Below, piece by piece: positions 10,642 to 20,181 of a DNA stretch of 36,596 nt (position 1 is the first letter of the stretch; each line of letters opens with the position of its first letter). The position numbers and the translations under genes are program-made. This stretch comes from Myxococcales bacterium. Its GTDB lineage: Bacteria; Myxococcota_A; Polyangia; Polyangiales; Houyiibacteriaceae. The stretch covers positions 1 through 36,596 of the forward strand of contig JAACVI010000227.1 in assembly GCA_009992505.1 (NCBI GenBank), written 5' to 3'. Under the pieces are notes generated by a model. It worked only from the letters and a program-made list of their open reading frames with translations. It ran no database searches and had not been told where the DNA came from.

Positions 10642-10874
10642 CCAGGCGAGAGAGCAAACCGGCAGTGGCCCAGGTAGTCGGGCAGGGCACGATTCAAGCG
10701 CAGCTGCCCCGAGGGCTCTACCGAGTCCGATTCGATGATGGGCGAATCGTCACCGCGACGATTGGCCGGGAACTCAGACGGGTTCTAGTTCGGGTAATCC
10801 CGGGCGATAGGGTCTTGGTCGAGGCCTCAGAGGTCGACCCCACGCGTGGACGCATCATAGAGAAGCAGAAGTAG
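10638..10874 (+). CDS. infA: Translation initiation factor IF-1 (divergent)
   Basis: [56 protein letters not shown] aligns with the IF-1 S1 fold (G.V...LPN..FRV.L.NG..V.A.ISGKMR...IRI..GD.V.VE..PYD...GRI). The TTG at 10638 overlaps the adk TGA. An alternative GTG at 10665 would give 69 aa. Confidence 0.85.
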   Translation: MTRRESKPAVAQVVGQGTIQAQLPRGLYRVRFDDGRIVTATIGRELRRVLVRVIPGDRVLVEASEVDPTRGRIIEKQK

Positions 10875-10884
10875 AGAGTCCGAG

Positions 10885-10998
10885 ATGAAGGTTCGACCCA
10901 GCGTCAAGAAGATTTGCGACAAGTGCAAGATCGTGCGCCGTAAGCGCGTCGTGCGCGTTCTTTGCGAGAATCCCCGCCACAAGCAACGGCAGGGTTGA
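10885..10998 (+). CDS. rpmJ: 50S ribosomal protein L36 (zinc-ribbon form)
   Basis: Not in the ORF track because it is too short. I translated it as [37 protein letters not shown], the canonical L36 with CxxC...CxxxxH. Confidence 0.93.
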   Translation: MKVRPSVKKICDKCKIVRRKRVVRVLCENPRHKQRQG

Positions 10999-11007
10999 GA
11001 GGATATC

Positions 11008-11376
11008 ATGGCACGTATCTCAGGCGTCGACCTGCCCGGGCGGAAGCATCTCTTCATTGCCCTCCAATACATCTACGGCATCGGTCCGAAGAGCGCGGAA
11101 GACATCTGCGCCCAGACCGGGATCTCCCGGAACAAGAAGGCCGATGATCTGGACGACAATGAGGTTCGCAAGATTCGCGAAACCATTGACCAGAACTTCA
11201 AGGTGGAGGGTGATCTTCGACGCGAAATCACCATGCACGTGAAGCGCTTGATGGATCTGGGCTGCTACCGGGGCCTGCGCCATCGTCGTGGCCTTCCGGT
11301 CCGCGGACAACGCACCCATACCAACGCCCGCACCCGCAAGGGCCCGCGTCGCGGACCCATGTCGCGCAAGCACTGA
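11008..11376 (+). CDS. rpsM: 30S ribosomal protein S13
   Basis: 122 aa; [11 protein letters not shown]....AL.YIYGIG...A......G...[31 protein letters not shown]. Confidence 0.97.
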   Translation: MARISGVDLPGRKHLFIALQYIYGIGPKSAEDICAQTGISRNKKADDLDDNEVRKIRETIDQNFKVEGDLRREITMHVKRLMDLGCYRGLRHRRGLPVRGQRTHTNARTRKGPRRGPMSRKH

Positions 11377-11400
11377 TCGAACGAGAAGAGCGAGAGAGTC

Positions 11401-11799
11401 ATGGCTAAAGCGAAGACGAAGACCACCAAGGGCAAGAAGAAGGCGAAGAAGGTCGCCGGCACGGGCATCGCCCACGTGCAATCCACCTTCAACAACACCA
11501 TCGTTACCATCACCGACCTCAGCGGGGATGTGGTGGCTTGGTCGACGGCGGGTTCGCGTGGCTTCAAGGGCTCGCGCAAGAGCACGCCCTTCGCGGCGCA
11601 GCTCGCTGCCGAGACCGCGGCGCGCAAGGCCCAGGACATGGGCATGAACACCGTCGCGATCTTCGTGAAGGGCCCCGGAGCCGGTCGTGAGTCCGCACTC
11701 CGCGCCTTCCAGCATGTGGGCATGCGCGTGACGCTGATCCGCGACGTGACCCCGATCCCCCACAACGGCTGCCGCCCTCCCAAGCGCCGCCGCGTCTGA
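11401..11799 (+). CDS. rpsK: 30S ribosomal protein S11
   Basis: 132 aa; [39 protein letters not shown]...[18 protein letters not shown]. Confidence 0.97.
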   Translation: MAKAKTKTTKGKKKAKKVAGTGIAHVQSTFNNTIVTITDLSGDVVAWSTAGSRGFKGSRKSTPFAAQLAAETAARKAQDMGMNTVAIFVKGPGAGRESALRAFQHVGMRVTLIRDVTPIPHNGCRPPKRRRV

Positions 11800-11815
11800 A
11801 TCGAATAGGAACGTC

Positions 11816-12442
11816 ATGGCTCGTTATATTGGACCCGTCTGCAAGCTCTGTCGTCGCGAGGCGATGAAGCTCTTCCTCAAGGGAGAGCGTTGCTACACCG
11901 ACAAATGTTCCTTCGACAGGCGCCCCTACCCGCCCGGTCAGCATGGACAGCGTCGCATGAAGTTCACGGAGTACGGCATCCGTCTGCGCGAGAAGCAGAA
12001 GGTGCGCCGGATCTACGGACTCATGGAGAACCAGTTCCACTCCACCTTCACCGAAGCTGAGCGCGTGAAGGGTGTGACGGGTCAGAACCTGCTCTCTCTG
12101 CTCGAGCGTCGTCTCGACTCGACGATCTACCGTCTGGGCCTGGCGCGTACCCGCTCCGAAGCTCGGCAGTTGGTCCGGCATCGTCACTTCTCCGTTAACG
12201 GCCACACCGTGAACATCCCCTCGTTCCTGGTGAACCCCGGCGACAAGATCCAGGTGCGCGAGCGCAGCCGTCAGAAGGCCGTCTTCACCTCGTCGGTCGA
12301 GGCCGCGAGCCGTCGCGGAACGCCGGAGTGGCTCGAGCTCGACCCCGCGTCCCTCGAGGGCACGATCAAGTCCGCACCCAACCGTGAAGAGATCACGCTG
12401 CCCATCCAAGAGCAGCTGATCGTCGAATTCTACTCACGCTAA
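11816..12442 (+). CDS. rpsD: 30S ribosomal protein S4
   Basis: 208 aa; [26 protein letters not shown]...C and the S4 RNA-binding domain [30 protein letters not shown]. Confidence 0.97.
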   Translation: MARYIGPVCKLCRREAMKLFLKGERCYTDKCSFDRRPYPPGQHGQRRMKFTEYGIRLREKQKVRRIYGLMENQFHSTFTEAERVKGVTGQNLLSLLERRLDSTIYRLGLARTRSEARQLVRHRHFSVNGHTVNIPSFLVNPGDKIQVRERSRQKAVFTSSVEAASRRGTPEWLELDPASLEGTIKSAPNREEITLPIQEQLIVEFYSR

Positions 12443-12563
12443 TCCGAGCCCCAGCGCGCCCCTCGACGAAGAAGAGAGCGCGCAGTGGGCACACCCAAGA
12501 ACCCCACCGAGCGCGGCCAGCGATTGGACGCCACCGTAGACCACGCGCATTTCGGAGACCCGC

Positions 12564-13586
12564 ATGACAACCAGCACCCTCGTCGCCCGCAATTGGCGCT
12601 CGCTCATTCGCCCGAAGAGCTTGCCCGTCGAACAAGAGACCGCCACTCCCTACTACACGAAGTTCGTTTGCGAACCTCTGGAGCGCGGCTTCGGCATCAC
12701 CCTGGGCAACTCGCTGCGGCGCATCCTGCTCTCCTCGCTCCAGGGCGCGGCGATCACCGCGGTCCGGATCGATGGGGCGTTGCACGAGTTCACCTCCGTC
12801 CCTGACGTCGTCGAAGACGTCACCGAGATGGTGTTGAACCTCAAGGAGGTCATCGTCCGCTGTCATACGGCGAAGACCCAGACGCTGCGCATCGACAAGG
12901 AAGGCCCCTGCACCATCACGGCGGGGGACATCCAGGTCAATGATCAGGTCGAGGTGCTCAACCCCGAGCTCGTGATCTGCAGCGTGGCCAAGGGCGGTCG
13001 CTTCAGCGCCGACCTCACGGTCAACGTCGGACGTGGCTACGTCCCCGCCGATCGCAACAAGGTGCCCGGCATGCCCATCGGGACCATCCCGATCGACGCG
13101 CTCTACTCGCCCGTGACCAAGGTGAACTACACCGTCACCAACGCCCGCGTTGGTCAGGTCACGGACTTCGACAAGCTCGCGCTCGAGGTGTGGACGGACG
13201 GCTCGGTGAACCCGCAGGACGCGGTCGCCTTCGCCGCCAAGATCCTCAAGGAGCAGCTCAGCATCTTCATCAACTTCGAGGAAGAGGAAGAGTCGCTCGA
13301 CTTCGAGAGCGATGAGGAGCCGCTGAACGAGAACCTCTTCCGTTCGGTCGAGGAGCTCGAGCTCTCCGTGCGTTCCGCGAACTGCCTGCAGAACGCGAAC
13401 ATCAACCTGATCGGTGAGTTGGTCCAGAAGACCGAGCCCGAGATGTTGAAGACGAAGAACTTCGGCCGTAAGTCCTTGAAAGAGATCAAGGAGATCCTCG
13501 CCGACATGGGCCTCTCGCTCGGGTTGAAGATCGACAACTGGCCCCAGATGCTCGAGCGTTGGCAGACGTTTCAGGCGAACCAGTAG
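12564..13586 (+). CDS. rpoA: DNA-directed RNA polymerase subunit alpha
   Basis: 340 aa; [35 protein letters not shown] and the C-terminal domain [25 protein letters not shown]...NFG.KSL.EIK. Confidence 0.97.
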   Translation: MTTSTLVARNWRSLIRPKSLPVEQETATPYYTKFVCEPLERGFGITLGNSLRRILLSSLQGAAITAVRIDGALHEFTSVPDVVEDVTEMVLNLKEVIVRCHTAKTQTLRIDKEGPCTITAGDIQVNDQVEVLNPELVICSVAKGGRFSADLTVNVGRGYVPADRNKVPGMPIGTIPIDALYSPVTKVNYTVTNARVGQVTDFDKLALEVWTDGSVNPQDAVAFAAKILKEQLSIFINFEEEEESLDFESDEEPLNENLFRSVEELELSVRSANCLQNANINLIGELVQKTEPEMLKTKNFGRKSLKEIKEILADMGLSLGLKIDNWPQMLERWQTFQANQ

Positions 13587-13602
13587 ATCGTAGGGAAGTG
13601 CC

Positions 13603-14112
13603 ATGAGACACATGAAAGCGGGCCGTAAGTTCGGCCGCAACACCAGCCATCGGCGAGCCATGTTCCGCAACCTCGCGGGCAACCTCGTCTTGCACGGTCG
13701 CATCGAGACCACGGACGCCAAGGCGCGCGAGTTGGCCCGAATCGCCGACCGTCTCGTCACCCGCGCCGTGCGCCTCGGTGACGAGCTCACGGTCGACGTC
13801 GGCAAGATCAAGGACGAGGACGAGCGTCAGCGCATCGTCGCCCGTCGCGTCCACGCCCAGCGCCAGGTCGCTCGCTTCTTGCCGAAGCACCTGACGCGCA
13901 CGGTGGACCAGGACACGGTCGAAGACGTCGACGTCGTCTACAAGCTCTTTCACGAGATCGCGCCGCGCTATCTCGAGCGCGTCAAGGAGAACAAGGGTGG
14001 TGGCTATACGCGCATCATCAAGCTTCTCCCGCGACGCGGTGACAACGCCGCCATGGCGCTGATCGAGTTCGTGGGCAACGAGGACGAGGCAGCTTCCTCC
14101 GCCGAAGCCTAG
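13603..14112 (+). CDS. rplQ: 50S ribosomal protein L17 (long form)
   Basis: 169 aa; MRHMKAGRKFGRNTSHRRAMFRNLA.NL..HGRIETT..KA.EL....GGGYTRIIKL..RRGDNA.MALIEFV. Has an internal acidic insertion and a C-terminal tail relative to short L17s. Confidence 0.95.
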   Translation: MRHMKAGRKFGRNTSHRRAMFRNLAGNLVLHGRIETTDAKARELARIADRLVTRAVRLGDELTVDVGKIKDEDERQRIVARRVHAQRQVARFLPKHLTRTVDQDTVEDVDVVYKLFHEIAPRYLERVKENKGGGYTRIIKLLPRRGDNAAMALIEFVGNEDEAASSAEA

Positions 14113-14173
14113 CCGCTTCACGTCGCGCTCCGAGCGCGGCCCAGCCGAGACCCGACGTAGCTTTGCTACTGTT

Positions 14174-14385
14174 GGGTTTCGTCGCTCTGGGGCTCGTGGC
14201 TCTGGGTTTCGTCGCTCTGGGGCTCGTCGCTCTGGGGCTCGTCGCTCTGGGGCTCGTCGCTCTGGGGCTCGTGGCTCTGGGGCTCGTGGCTCTGGGTTTC
14301 GTCGCTCTGGGGCTCGTGGCTCTGGGGCTCGTGGCTCTGGGGCTCGTGGCTCTGAGGTCGTGGCTCTGAGGCTCGTGGCTCTGGG
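14174..14385. repeat. Tandem array of about 14 copies of a 15-nt unit (GGGGCTCGTGGCTCT, GGGGCTCGTCGCTCT, GGGTTTCGTCGCTCT)
   Basis: Read directly: head-to-tail 15-nt units from 14174. Three unit variants occur, and one 14-nt unit (14354-14367) breaks any reading frame. The array lies between the rplQ stop (14112) and the stop of the minus-strand gene (14405). Confidence 0.95.
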
Positions 14386-14404
14386 GACCCGCTCAGCGAG
14401 GACG

Positions 14405-16390
14405 TCAGTCGAAGAGCGCGTCGGCACCTTCGAACGATTCGTCGTCGAAGGGATCCATGTCGTCGAAGGGATCGAGGGGCGTGGGCGTGGCTTGCAGAAT
14501 GCCCAGCGCTTCCGCGACGTCGATGGCGGAGCTCTCCGAGCCCCCGCGGGTCGAAGGCGCCGGCACCTCACCCCATGGCGCGTCGATGCCAGGGGCCGTG
14601 CTGTAGACGTCCACGCATTCGTCGACGGGACCCGTGCGATGGAGCTCGGGGCTGATGTCGAGGCCGGGGGACGTCGAGTGGACGTCGCCCGAGTCGTCCA
14701 TGCCCGGCTGGGTGGAGCAGAGGTCCAACACACCGAGCTCGCCCGCGGGTGGCTTGGAAACCTGCGCGCGTTTCGGTCGCAGCAACGCCAGCGGGAGCGA
14801 CTGGGCCCAGGACGAGCCCGGGAGTCGCACCGTCCCGGACTCTCGCCCGAGTGAGCCCAGACTTCGCTGTGCGTGCGCTCTGAGCGTTCGCCCGGCAGAC
14901 GTGGCCATGCGTGCGCCCGCCAGAGCCGCCTTGCGAGCGAGGGCCACGGCGGGCAGCTCGTTGCCGAAGATCAGCAGCAGCCCGAGGATGCCGAGGCATG
15001 CGCCGACCAGCATCGAGAGCTCCCGTGGGCCGAGTTCACGCCCGCCCGAGTCCTGTTCCTCCGCCACGCGCTGGGCCGCCAAGGTCTGGCCTGGCGAGAG
15101 CTGGGTCACGAGCCGATAAGCGGCGAGATCGACCACACCTTGCTGTCGCTCGGCCTCGGCCTCGGCGAGCAACGCCCGAGCTCGCAGATCCTCGACGCTC
15201 ACTGCGTCGTCCGTGAGCCGCGCCGCATGCAGGAAGGCGGCGCGCGCCTCCGCGTAGTGGCCGGCGTCCATCTCGGCCTCGGCCCAGCGGGCATAGCCTG
15301 GCGCCATGCGCGTGCGCTCGGCCAGGAGTGGAGCTTCCAGCGAGGAGCGCTGGAAGTCGCGGCGCATCTCCTCCAGGTCTCCCGTTTCGGCGGCAGCCAA
15401 ACCGGCTTGCAGTGCTTCACGAGCCGGCGCCAGGCGCTGCTCGTCGAGTCGTCGCACCAGCTCGTCGAAGGTTCGGTGCCAGCCCCAATCGCTGGGTGCG
15501 GCCTCGCCCAGGCTGCTCTGGAACTGACGCCTCAACATCCAGATGCCGTTCTGACCGTAGGCGCGCATCGCGTCGCGCGCGGCCTCTCGCACCCGTCCGT
15601 CTTCGGCATCGACGAAGGTCACCACGACGGGCATGGCGTCGAAGTCGCGGGCGGCCGCCCAGGCGCTCAGCGTGTCGGCAAGCGCGCCCGGTCGATTGGC
15701 CAGCGCACCGACCACGCGACCGGCGTCCGCGCCCTCGATCGCGGGCACGGCGAGCCTGGCCCAACGCCGGATGTCGGGGCTCGGATGGGACCGCGCATCG
15801 AGCAGCACGGGGAGCAGAGCCAGACCCCGTCGGTCCAGCAGGCGTCGCCGTTCCCAGGTCAGAGCGTCTGGATTCAAGGCGAAGAGGTCCATCAGGGCGC
15901 GTCCGGCCCGTCGCCCACCCAGGTTCTCCATCGCGCGCATCAGCGCCACGCGTTCGGCCATGGCCACGGTGACGCGATCCCGGGTCGAGTCGAGCTCGTC
16001 CAGCACGCCATCCGCGATGTCGACCGCATCATCGGCGCGCCGGCTGCCCGTCGCGTGTCGGAAGTGACGCAGTGCCTCCTCGGCCGCGTCAGGCTCGAAA
16101 TGCTGTCGCGCGAGCGCCGTGGCCCGATCCGTCACCGCCCCGATCCACGCTTCGGAGAGGGTCGAACACGTCTCGAAGGCTCGTCTGCGCGTCGCGGCAT
16201 CGTCCGAGCCGAGCTCCGCCGCCAAGGTCGCCAGCGCCTCGACGCTCGGTGTGGGAGCTGCTGCATCCGTCGGAGCCGAGGCCTCGGGGATCTGCGCCAG
16301 GGCCGGCCCACTCGCGAGCACCGTGGACCATCCCGCCGCCACGAGCACGAGCGAGAGGCGCCAGAGGCGCGTGCGGGGCGAGCAGCTCAC
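14405..16390 (-). CDS. Hypothetical exported/membrane protein (signal peptide, HEAT/TPR-like helical region, one TM helix, acidic C-terminal tail)
   Basis: The GTG at 16390 overlaps the acyP TGA (GTGA). The N-terminus [33 protein letters not shown] looks like a signal peptide. HEAT-like DxxVRxxA patches follow, then the TM segment [18 protein letters not shown] and the acidic end [15 protein letters not shown]. The part of the track ORF upstream of 16390 is an Arg/Gly-rich shadow over acyP. Confidence 0.7.
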   Translation of the reverse strand: MSCSPRTRLWRLSLVLVAAGWSTVLASGPALAQIPEASAPTDAAAPTPSVEALATLAAELGSDDAATRRRAFETCSTLSEAWIGAVTDRATALARQHFEPDAAEEALRHFRHATGSRRADDAVDIADGVLDELDSTRDRVTVAMAERVALMRAMENLGGRRAGRALMDLFALNPDALTWERRRLLDRRGLALLPVLLDARSHPSPDIRRWARLAVPAIEGADAGRVVGALANRPGALADTLSAWAAARDFDAMPVVVTFVDAEDGRVREAARDAMRAYGQNGIWMLRRQFQSSLGEAAPSDWGWHRTFDELVRRLDEQRLAPAREALQAGLAAAETGDLEEMRRDFQRSSLEAPLLAERTRMAPGYARWAEAEMDAGHYAEARAAFLHAARLTDDAVSVEDLRARALLAEAEAERQQGVVDLAAYRLVTQLSPGQTLAAQRVAEEQDSGGRELGPRELSMLVGACLGILGLLLIFGNELPAVALARKAALAGARMATSAGRTLRAHAQRSLGSLGRESGTVRLPGSSWAQSLPLALLRPKRAQVSKPPAGELGVLDLCSTQPGMDDSGDVHSTSPGLDISPELHRTGPVDECVDVYSTAPGIDAPWGEVPAPSTRGGSESSAIDVAEALGILQATPTPLDPFDDMDPFDDESFEGADALFD

Positions 16391-16683
16391 CGGGTCACGG
16401 GCCGGTCTTCTGCGATCCGAAAGTCGGAGAACTCGCCCGTGTAGCTCCGCCATTTGGTCTCGACCTTGTCGACGCGGGCCGTGGAGGGGCCGCCCTGCGC
16501 CCAGGACAGGAAGTCCTTCACGTAGTCCTCCTCGCCCTCGACGACCATCTCGACGGATCCGTCCGCGCGGTTCTTGACCCAGCCCGTGAGGCCGAGTTGG
16601 CGAGCTTCCCGCTGAGCCGTGGCCCGAAAGTACACGTCCTGGACCCGACCACGAACGACCAAATGGATGCGCTTCTGTCCCAT
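16387..16683 (-). CDS. acyP: Acylphosphatase
   Basis: 98 aa; [44 protein letters not shown] matches the acylphosphatase signature (V.G.VQGV.FR....A..LGL.GWV.N..DGSVE). Confidence 0.88.
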   Translation of the reverse strand: MGQKRIHLVVRGRVQDVYFRATAQREARQLGLTGWVKNRADGSVEMVVEGEEDYVKDFLSWAQGGPSTARVDKVETKWRSYTGEFSDFRIAEDRPVTR

Positions 16684-16860
16684 GCTCCTTACCTCCTAGT
16701 GCTCTATGGCCGCCCGGGGCAAGTTTCTGCGGCCCGACTCCGCGTCCGTGGCGCATCTGGCCTGCAGGGGTGGTCGCTGGCTTGCAGGGTAGGGGTGGAT
16801 CGGCTAGATAGTTCGCCCCCCAAGGGGAGGGCTCTCATCTTCGGAGCCCGAGGAAGCGTC

Positions 16861-17070
16861 ATGAAGCCCGAAATCCATCCGAACTACGAGCAGGCCACCA
16901 TCTCCTGCGCCTGCGGAAACGTCATCGAGACCTTCTCCACGCGAGGATCCTACACGGTCGACGTCTGCTCGGAATGCCATCCATTCTTCACCGGCAAGGA
17001 GAAGATGATGGACACCGCTGGGCGCGTCGAGCGCTTCCGCAAGAAGTACGGCATCAAGGGCGAGGCCTAG
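16861..17070 (+). CDS. rpmE: 50S ribosomal protein L31 (type A, Cys-containing)
   Basis: The ATG at 16861 gives 69 aa: [64 protein letters not shown]. The upstream part of the track ORF (from 16072) is spurious. Confidence 0.93.
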   Translation: MKPEIHPNYEQATISCACGNVIETFSTRGSYTVDVCSECHPFFTGKEKMMDTAGRVERFRKKYGIKGEA

Positions 17071-17088
17071 CGGGCGCTGGAGCGCTCC

Positions 17089-18150
17089 GTGTCAGCCACT
17101 AGCGCCCTCGCTTCCGGGAAGCCTGTGCCGAGCGCACGCAAACCCTACATCGGCGGGCAAGCGGTGCTCGAGGGCGTGATGATGCGCGCTCCCGGCGGCC
17201 TCAGCGTGGCGGTGCGGCGACCCGACGGAACGATCGCGCTTCGGGAAGGTCCGCATCGCGGCCTGGCCGGGCGCATGCCCTTGTTCCGTCTGGTGGGTCT
17301 GCGCGGCGTTGCGTCTCTCGTGGAGTCGCTTAAGCTGGGCTTCGGTGCGCTGAAGTTCAGCGCCGACCAACAGATGACGGAAGAGGAGCGGGCGAGCGAC
17401 ACGGGTTCGGGCGCCGCCTCCATGTGGCTCTCGACCCTCTTCGCGCTGGCCCTCTTCATCGCGCTGCCCCAAGGGCTCGCTGGAGGTCTGGGCAAGCTCT
17501 TCGGGATCCACTGGGGACTCACCGACGCGAGCTTCCACTTCGTGATCGGCGGCTTCAAGCTGCTGATCTTCCTGGCCTATCTGCTGGCCATTCGGCGCGT
17601 GCCCGAGATTCGACGCGTGTTCCAGTACCATGGCGCCGAGCACAAGACGATCCACGCCTACGAGGCGGAGCTGCCGCTGACGGTCGAGAACGTGCGCATC
17701 CAGTCCACGCTGCATCCTCGCTGCGGGACCACCTTCTTGGTGATGGTGGTCGTGGTCTCGATCGTCGCGGGCGCCATCGCCGCGCCCCTGCTGCTGCCCA
17801 ACGCCGCGGGTGTTTTGGGCCAGGTGTCCATCCTCGCGCTGAGGGTCGCGCTCCTGCCTCTGATCGCCGCCCTCTCCTTCGAGCTGCAGCGCCTAAGCGC
17901 GCGCTTCTTCACGCGTGGGCCCTTGAGGATCTTCCTCTGGCCGGGCTTCCTGTTTCAGAAGATCACCACGGCCGAGCCCGACGACGCCCAGATAGAGATC
18001 GCCATCACCGCGCTGAAGGCGGCGGAGTGGCGCGATCTTCAGGCCGACAGCGTGTCCGCGGACGATCAACCGCTGGTCTTCCCTTCCTTCGAGGGCTTCG
18101 TGGACGCGCTCCCCGAACTGCGCGGCGCGGCCCTGCCCGAATCCACATGA
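17089..18150 (+). CDS. DUF1385-family membrane protein (YqhQ-like, commonly linked to prfA)
   Basis: 353 aa, GTG start. IGGQAVLEGVMMR, YHGAEHKTIHAYE and HPRCGTTF motifs with several TM helices. Sits between rpmE and prfA, with the prfA ATG overlapping its stop. Confidence 0.7.
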   Translation: MSATSALASGKPVPSARKPYIGGQAVLEGVMMRAPGGLSVAVRRPDGTIALREGPHRGLAGRMPLFRLVGLRGVASLVESLKLGFGALKFSADQQMTEEERASDTGSGAASMWLSTLFALALFIALPQGLAGGLGKLFGIHWGLTDASFHFVIGGFKLLIFLAYLLAIRRVPEIRRVFQYHGAEHKTIHAYEAELPLTVENVRIQSTLHPRCGTTFLVMVVVVSIVAGAIAAPLLLPNAAGVLGQVSILALRVALLPLIAALSFELQRLSARFFTRGPLRIFLWPGFLFQKITTAEPDDAQIEIAITALKAAEWRDLQADSVSADDQPLVFPSFEGFVDALPELRGAALPEST

Positions 18151-19214
18151 TTCCGCGCGACAAGCTCGACCATCTGGCCGCGAGGTATCGCGAGATCGAG
18201 GAGTCCCTGTGTCGGCCCGAGGTGGTCACGGACACCAAGCGTCTGCGCGAACTCTCGCGTGAGCGCACGGAGCTGACGGATCTGGTGGCGGCCTACGCGC
18301 GCTATCTCGAGCTCGAGGCGCAGCTCGAGGGCAATCGCGAGCTGCTCATGGATCCCGAGCTGCGCGAGTTGGCCCAAGCGGAGATCCCCGAGCTCGAGGC
18401 GGAGCTCGAGTCTCTGGAGGAGACGATCGCGCTGCTGCTCCTGCCCAAGGATCCCAACGACGAACGCGACACCATCCTCGAGATTCGTAGCGGCACGGGC
18501 GGCGAGGAGGCGGCGCTCTTCGCGCGCGATCTCTTCCGCATGTACAGCCGCTACGCCGAGCAGCGCGGGTGGAAGGTCGAGGTCACGTCCATGAGCGAGG
18601 CCGCGGCCGGTGGCATCAAGGAAGTGATCGCCATGGTGTCGGGCAACCGCGTGTACTCGGAGCTGCGCTTCGAGGGCGGCGTTCACCGCGTGCAGCGCGT
18701 GCCGGCTACGGAGTCACAGGGCCGCGTCCACACCTCGGCGGCGACGGTGGCGGTGCTGCCCGAAGCCGACGAGGTCGAGGTCGAGATCGATCCCAAGGAT
18801 CTCGAGATCACGAAGACGGGCGCGGGCGGACCGGGCGGACAGGGCGTCAACACGACCAACTCGGCGGTCAACCTCAAGCACGTCCCGACGGGCATCTGTG
18901 TTCGCTCGGAGGAGCAGCGCTCGCAGCATCAGAACCTGGCGCGCGCGATGCAGATCCTACGCGCCAAGTTGCTCGAGACGGCGCAGCAAGAGCAGAGCGC
19001 GGCCATCGGCGCCGAGCGTCGCAGCATGGTGCGCTCGGGCGATCGCTCCGAGAAGATCCGCACCTACAACTATCCGCAGAACCGCGTGACGGATCATCGC
19101 ATCGGGCTGACGCTGCACAACCTCGATCGCGTGATGGTCGGGGAGCTCGACGAGCTGTTCACGGCCCTGCGCTCGCATCATCAGGCCGAGCTGCTCGAGT
19201 CCCACGGGACCTGA
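18147..19214 (+). CDS. prfA: Peptide chain release factor 1
   Basis: The ATG at 18147 (ATGA overlap) gives 355 aa. PATESQGRVHTSAATV (RF1-type PxT tripeptide region) and the GGQ loop GAGGPGGQGVNTT. The track ORF from 17424 over-extends upstream. Confidence 0.95.
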   Translation: MIPRDKLDHLAARYREIEESLCRPEVVTDTKRLRELSRERTELTDLVAAYARYLELEAQLEGNRELLMDPELRELAQAEIPELEAELESLEETIALLLLPKDPNDERDTILEIRSGTGGEEAALFARDLFRMYSRYAEQRGWKVEVTSMSEAAAGGIKEVIAMVSGNRVYSELRFEGGVHRVQRVPATESQGRVHTSAATVAVLPEADEVEVEIDPKDLEITKTGAGGPGGQGVNTTNSAVNLKHVPTGICVRSEEQRSQHQNLARAMQILRAKLLETAQQEQSAAIGAERRSMVRSGDRSEKIRTYNYPQNRVTDHRIGLTLHNLDRVMVGELDELFTALRSHHQAELLESHGT

Positions 19215-19302
19215 AGCTCGAGCAATCCTCGGGCTCGTTGCGAGCACGCTTCGGAGTCGGTCCCGATTTTCCGGCGACCCACTCGCGGGCGCTCGGGTCG
19301 GT

Positions 19303-20181
19303 TCAGTGGAGGATGTGTTCCGGATCGAGTCGGGCGGCCAGGGCGTCGAGCGTGGCCGAAGGGCCGGCGCCGCCGCCTTCGCTCGGCCAGGGCGGCGCGC
19401 CGGCCGCCGGCAGCAACGTGCCTCCGTGCCCGCTGCACACGCTCTCCAACACCAGCAGGCGCGGCTCTTCCATCTCGTCCATGGCGATCTCGGCCCACAG
19501 CCCGCCGCCTTCGGCGCAGGTTCCGGTGGCGAGCCGAGCGGCGCGAACGCCCCGACCGCGAGCCCAAGCGCAGGCCGACTCGGCGCTGGCGAGGGTCGAG
19601 AAGACGTAGGTGCGTCGAGTGTGGCGAACGCGCGCTTTGACCAGCAGATGCAGCCCGAGCGCGACGCCCACGCGTCCGCGCCCACCGAGCAGAGCGCCGA
19701 GCAGGTCGGGACCCACGGCGCGCCGGGGAGCGGGGCGAATCCGCAGCAGACGGCCGTCCGCGAGCATGATCTCCGCACCGCACAGCACCTGATCGACGGC
19801 GTCGTCCGCGCTCGGTCGTCGACCGGGAGCGCCCCGCGCGATCCAGCTCCCGAGGCTCTCGTTCTCGGCCAGACATCCCAGGCTCAGCTCCTCGGGTCGC
19901 AGGCGTGCTTCGAGCTCGGCGCTGCCCATGCCCGCGCCCACGTGCGCGATGCGCGAGGCTTCGTCGACGGAATGCAGGCGGCCCATGAAGCGCAGGTCGA
20001 TCGCCAGGTCGGCGTCGCGGGCCTCCGCTCCTGGCGCGCGTAGGCGACCGGCGTGGGTGCGCGCGAGCGCGAAGGCCGCCTCGAGATCTGGCGCGCTGCG
20101 CGGCGTGAGCAGGATCTCTCCGCCGATCTCGGACAGCGCCTCGGGCAGCTCCTTGCGCAGGGCCTGCAACAGAGCGCTCAC
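19303..20181 (-). CDS. FAD-binding (PCMH-type) oxidase subunit-like protein, GlcE-like, degenerate
   Basis: 292 aa. The GTG at 20181 overlaps the stop of the upstream oxidase gene (GTGA). IAHVGAGMGSAELEARL...GPDLLGALLGGRGRVGV resembles the FAD_binding_4 / GlcE pattern. Confidence 0.6.
   Translation of the reverse strand: MSALLQALRKELPEALSEIGGEILLTPRSAPDLEAAFALARTHAGRLRAPGAEARDADLAIDLRFMGRLHSVDEASRIAHVGAGMGSAELEARLRPEELSLGCLAENESLGSWIARGAPGRRPSADDAVDQVLCGAEIMLADGRLLRIRPAPRRAVGPDLLGALLGGRGRVGVALGLHLLVKARVRHTRRTYVFSTLASAESACAWARGRGVRAARLATGTCAEGGGLWAEIAMDEMEEPRLLVLESVCSGHGGTLLPAAGAPPWPSEGGGAGPSATLDALAARLDPEHILH

Noticed and set aside
591-13811. Long antisense or off-frame ORFs across the ribosomal cluster, for example 591-1709(-), 2951-4045(-), 4837-5940(-), 6358-7446(-), 8585-9940(-), 11020-11817(-), 11564-12409(-), 12393-13811(-) and 3472-4089(+).
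   Set aside because: Each overlaps an unmistakable ribosomal, SecY or RpoA gene. Their translations are Arg/Ala/Gly/Asp/His-rich with no motifs. This is the expected stop-poor shadow-frame pattern in high-GC DNA.
14174-14385. Possible CRISPR array.
   Set aside because: The units are contiguous with no spacers, are only 15 nt long, and no cas genes are present.
13486-14733. A 415-aa minus-strand ORF containing (PEPRA)n, and the 68-aa plus-strand (LVALG)n ORF at 14163-14369, both crossing the 15-nt repeat.
   Set aside because: The long ORF starts inside another gene's coding region in a different frame and runs antisense through rplQ. The short one has no RBS and is just the repeat read in frame. 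One 14-nt unit disrupts periodicity. I treat the array as non-coding.
14873-16444. A 523-aa plus-strand ORF and other + ORFs opposite the 661-aa membrane-protein gene.
   Set aside because: The composition is heavily Arg/Gly/His/Pro with no motifs. The minus-strand frame has a signal peptide, a TM helix and coherent helical repeats.
19215-19302. Absence of prmC after prfA, and a possible terminator hairpin in the convergent gap.
   Set aside because: prmC linkage to prfA is common but not universal. The imperfect GCTCGAGCAA...TTGCGAGC pairing has no U-tract, which is too weak to call a terminator.
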